56,139 nt of DNA from positions 1 to 56,139 of the forward strand of contig JBAYAV010000001.1 of assembly GCA_041669565.1 (NCBI GenBank), read 5' to 3'. Under the pieces are notes generated by a model. That model was not told the DNA's origin. It saw nothing but the letters and a program-made list of their open reading frames with translations, and did not search any database. Both the position numbers and the translations under genes were made by a program. This DNA is from Lentisphaeria bacterium (GTDB lineage Bacteria > Verrucomicrobiota > Lentisphaeria > Oligosphaerales > Oligosphaeraceae). Shown here piece after piece: positions 54,154-56,139 of this stretch; within the stretch, counting starts at the first letter, position 1; each line of letters opens with the position of its first letter.

Positions 54154-56139
54154 ATGAAAGCTGAAAAAAAATATGATTTTCGCAGCCGTTTAGACAATAT
54201 TCACTTTTTGAATCGGCGTAATACATCCGCTGTTAAACTGCCGAACGAATTTGAATTATGCGATCATATTACAATTTCAATTCCCAATTTAACAAATCAA
54301 ACCATCACCCATGCAGCAGAGGACTTACAGGACTACCTGTTAAAATCCATGGGAATCAGTGCTAGAATTGTCTGCAATGATTTAAAAGCGGATATCTGCA
54401 TGGGCCAAGATGCCGCTGCGGTTCAATCCGAAGGCGGTTATCGCTTTACGGTAACCGAAAAACAAATTTTTCTTACAGGTAACGAAGCAAAAGGCATTTT
54501 CAACGCATCGATTCATTTGGAAGATTTACTGAATTTACGCGAAGCGCCCTATTTAACGCCACAATCCGAAATTCATAAAAAATTATTTACTCCGCGAATG
54601 GTTCATTCCGGCTGGGGAATAGACCTTTTTCCCGACAGTCATTTAAATGCAATGGCGCATGCCGGCTTTGATACTGCGGTTGTTTTTATAACGGCTATTG
54701 ACCACACCAATACGGCTGTACTGGATATCAACAACCTGATTCATCGAGCCGCTATTTACGGTATTGATGTCATGCTCTACAGCTATTTTTCCGCATATAA
54801 ACACCCGAATGACGAGAATGCCCAAGCATTTTTTGATCAAATTTACACCAAATTATTTGAATATTACCCCGACGCCAAAGGCATTATGCTGGTTGGAGAA
54901 TCCGCCGATTTTCCAAGCAAGGATCCCCGCGTTTGTCAGGGTGACGGCTTCACAGACAGCATTCCATCAGTCAAGCCAAGACCAGGCTGGTTTCCCTGCC
55001 GCGATTATCCGGCATGGCTGACATGCGTTTCAAAGGCCATCCGAAAAGCAAAACCAGACGCACTCATCATTTTCAACACTTATAACTGGGGATGGACCGA
55101 AAAGAACCTCCGAAAAGAATTTCTACAAAAATTTCCAAAAGATATTATTCTGCAAGTCACTTTCGAAATATTCAAAAAAATAATGCGCGAAAATCAGACA
55201 TGCTGCATTATGGATTACACGATTTCAACCGCAGAGCCGGGATTCTATTTTACCAGCGAATGTAAAATGGCCAGCGAGCTTGGCATAAAACTTCTCGCTA
55301 CCGCCAATACGGCCGGAGCTACATGGGATTTTGGAACTATCGCCCATGTCCCTGTTCCTCAACAATGGATACGAAAATTCAAGCATTTGGACAATGCCCG
55401 AAAAACTTGGGGACTATCCGGTCTCTATGACAACCACCATTACGGCTGGGAACCATCGGTTATAACCGACCTTGGGCGCGCCTTTTTCTGGAGCCCCCAA
55501 ATAGAACCGGAAACGCTTTTGCCCAAACTAGCTAGACGCGATTTTGGGCATGGTGCCGCCAACGTCTTGGCGGCATGGGATAAATGGAGCAAAGCCATTC
55601 AGCATTACACCGCAACAAATGAAGACCAGTATGGTCCTTTCCGTGTGGGGCCTTCCTATCCCTTTATTTTTCATCCGAATATTACTCGTACAATGTCTGC
55701 AAAAGAAATAACGTTTCCAACACAAAAGGACGCTCATTTTGGTAACCGTATTATTAAAACAATGTACCAGCCATATGAAAACAATGCCCAAGTACCAGGG
55801 TCTATTCGTATTCGGTTCGAAATTCGTTCCTTAGAAAAAATGAAAGATCTTTGGCAAGAAGGCCTCGCAATTATGGCAGAAGCTCTCCCCCAAATAGAAA
55901 GCCGCAAAAAAGAAAATCTTGAATCTGAGATTAATCGCGGGCAGTATATTTTAACGAATATACAAACCACGCTAAATATGAAGCACTGGTATTTGTTAAA
56001 TATTACGTTACTCAACGCTTCCACACCTCAAGAATGTCAGGATATCATTACTAAAATAAGAATTGTAGCCCAAGGCGAAATCGACAATGCGAAGCGTGCC
56101 ATTCCCTGTGTGGAACGAGATTCTCGCCTGGGATGGGAA
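54154..56139 (+). CDS. hypothetical protein, possibly a glycoside-hydrolase-like TIM-barrel enzyme; C-terminus runs off the window end
   Basis: Absent from the ORF track because it is open at the edge. Hand translation from ATG 54154 gives 662 codons with no stop (MKAEKKYDFRSRL ... RDSRLGWE). The N-terminal ~110 aa look like the small alpha/beta domain that precedes the barrel in GH20/GH67-type enzymes. This functional idea is weak. Confidence 0.7.
   Translation, partial: MKAEKKYDFRSRLDNIHFLNRRNTSAVKLPNEFELCDHITISIPNLTNQTITHAAEDLQDYLLKSMGISARIVCNDLKADICMGQDAAAVQSEGGYRFTVTEKQIFLTGNEAKGIFNASIHLEDLLNLREAPYLTPQSEIHKKLFTPRMVHSGWGIDLFPDSHLNAMAHAGFDTAVVFITAIDHTNTAVLDINNLIHRAAIYGIDVMLYSYFSAYKHPNDENAQAFFDQIYTKLFEYYPDAKGIMLVGESADFPSKDPRVCQGDGFTDSIPSVKPRPGWFPCRDYPAWLTCVSKAIRKAKPDALIIFNTYNWGWTEKNLRKEFLQKFPKDIILQVTFEIFKKIMRENQTCCIMDYTISTAEPGFYFTSECKMASELGIKLLATANTAGATWDFGTIAHVPVPQQWIRKFKHLDNARKTWGLSGLYDNHHYGWEPSVITDLGRAFFWSPQIEPETLLPKLARRDFGHGAANVLAAWDKWSKAIQHYTATNEDQYGPFRVGPSYPFIFHPNITRTMSAKEITFPTQKDAHFGNRIIKTMYQPYENNAQVPGSIRIRFEIRSLEKMKDLWQEGLAIMAEALPQIESRKKENLESEINRGQYILTNIQTTLNMKHWYLLNITLLNASTPQECQDIITKIRIVAQGEIDNAKRAIPCVERDSRLGWE

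Overview
This is a gene-dense 56.1-kb window with about 38 protein genes, 3 tRNAs (His-GTG, Gln-CTG, Lys-TTT) and several clear rho-independent terminators. It reads as chromosomal core rather than a mobile or defence island: I found no integrase, transposase, CRISPR array, phage genes or toxin-antitoxin pairs.

Gene content:
- DNA maintenance: sbcDC, ligA, mazG, a DnaQ-like exonuclease.
- Anaerobe markers: hybrid-cluster protein Hcp, an Mrp/ApbC Fe-S ATPase.
- Central metabolism and translation: malic enzyme, rpe, ispE, rpmB, epmA.
- Envelope biogenesis: murC, murF, an ABC exporter, a PpiD-like chaperone, cyclophilin, a DUF481 outer-membrane protein.
- Scattered glycan-degradation genes: sialate O-acetylesterase, an alpha/beta esterase, a GH127/DUF1680-like protein, heparinase II/III, and a TIM-barrel-like protein at the 3' edge.

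This mix resembles a PVC-group (Lentisphaerota/Verrucomicrobiota-like) anaerobe. That taxonomic guess is inference only.

Two long ORFs are missing from the supplied track because they are open at the window edges: 1..1729 (-) and 54154..56139 (+). I translated both by hand.

I do not see an unambiguous new multi-gene system. The best candidates for novelty, in order:
1. An in-frame RdgB(HAM1)-MurF fusion, translationally coupled to murC.
2. Three tandem degenerate intergenic units, each with a different GC-rich hairpin, just upstream of tRNA-Gln.
3. An orphan ABC-2-like permease paired with a membrane-anchored all-alpha protein, with no ATPase in the window.
4. Two large orphan secreted or lipid-anchored proteins (739 aa and 823 aa).
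5. A 64-aa insertion in the helix-hairpin-helix region of LigA.

All functional calls rest on motif recognition by eye. No database search was run.
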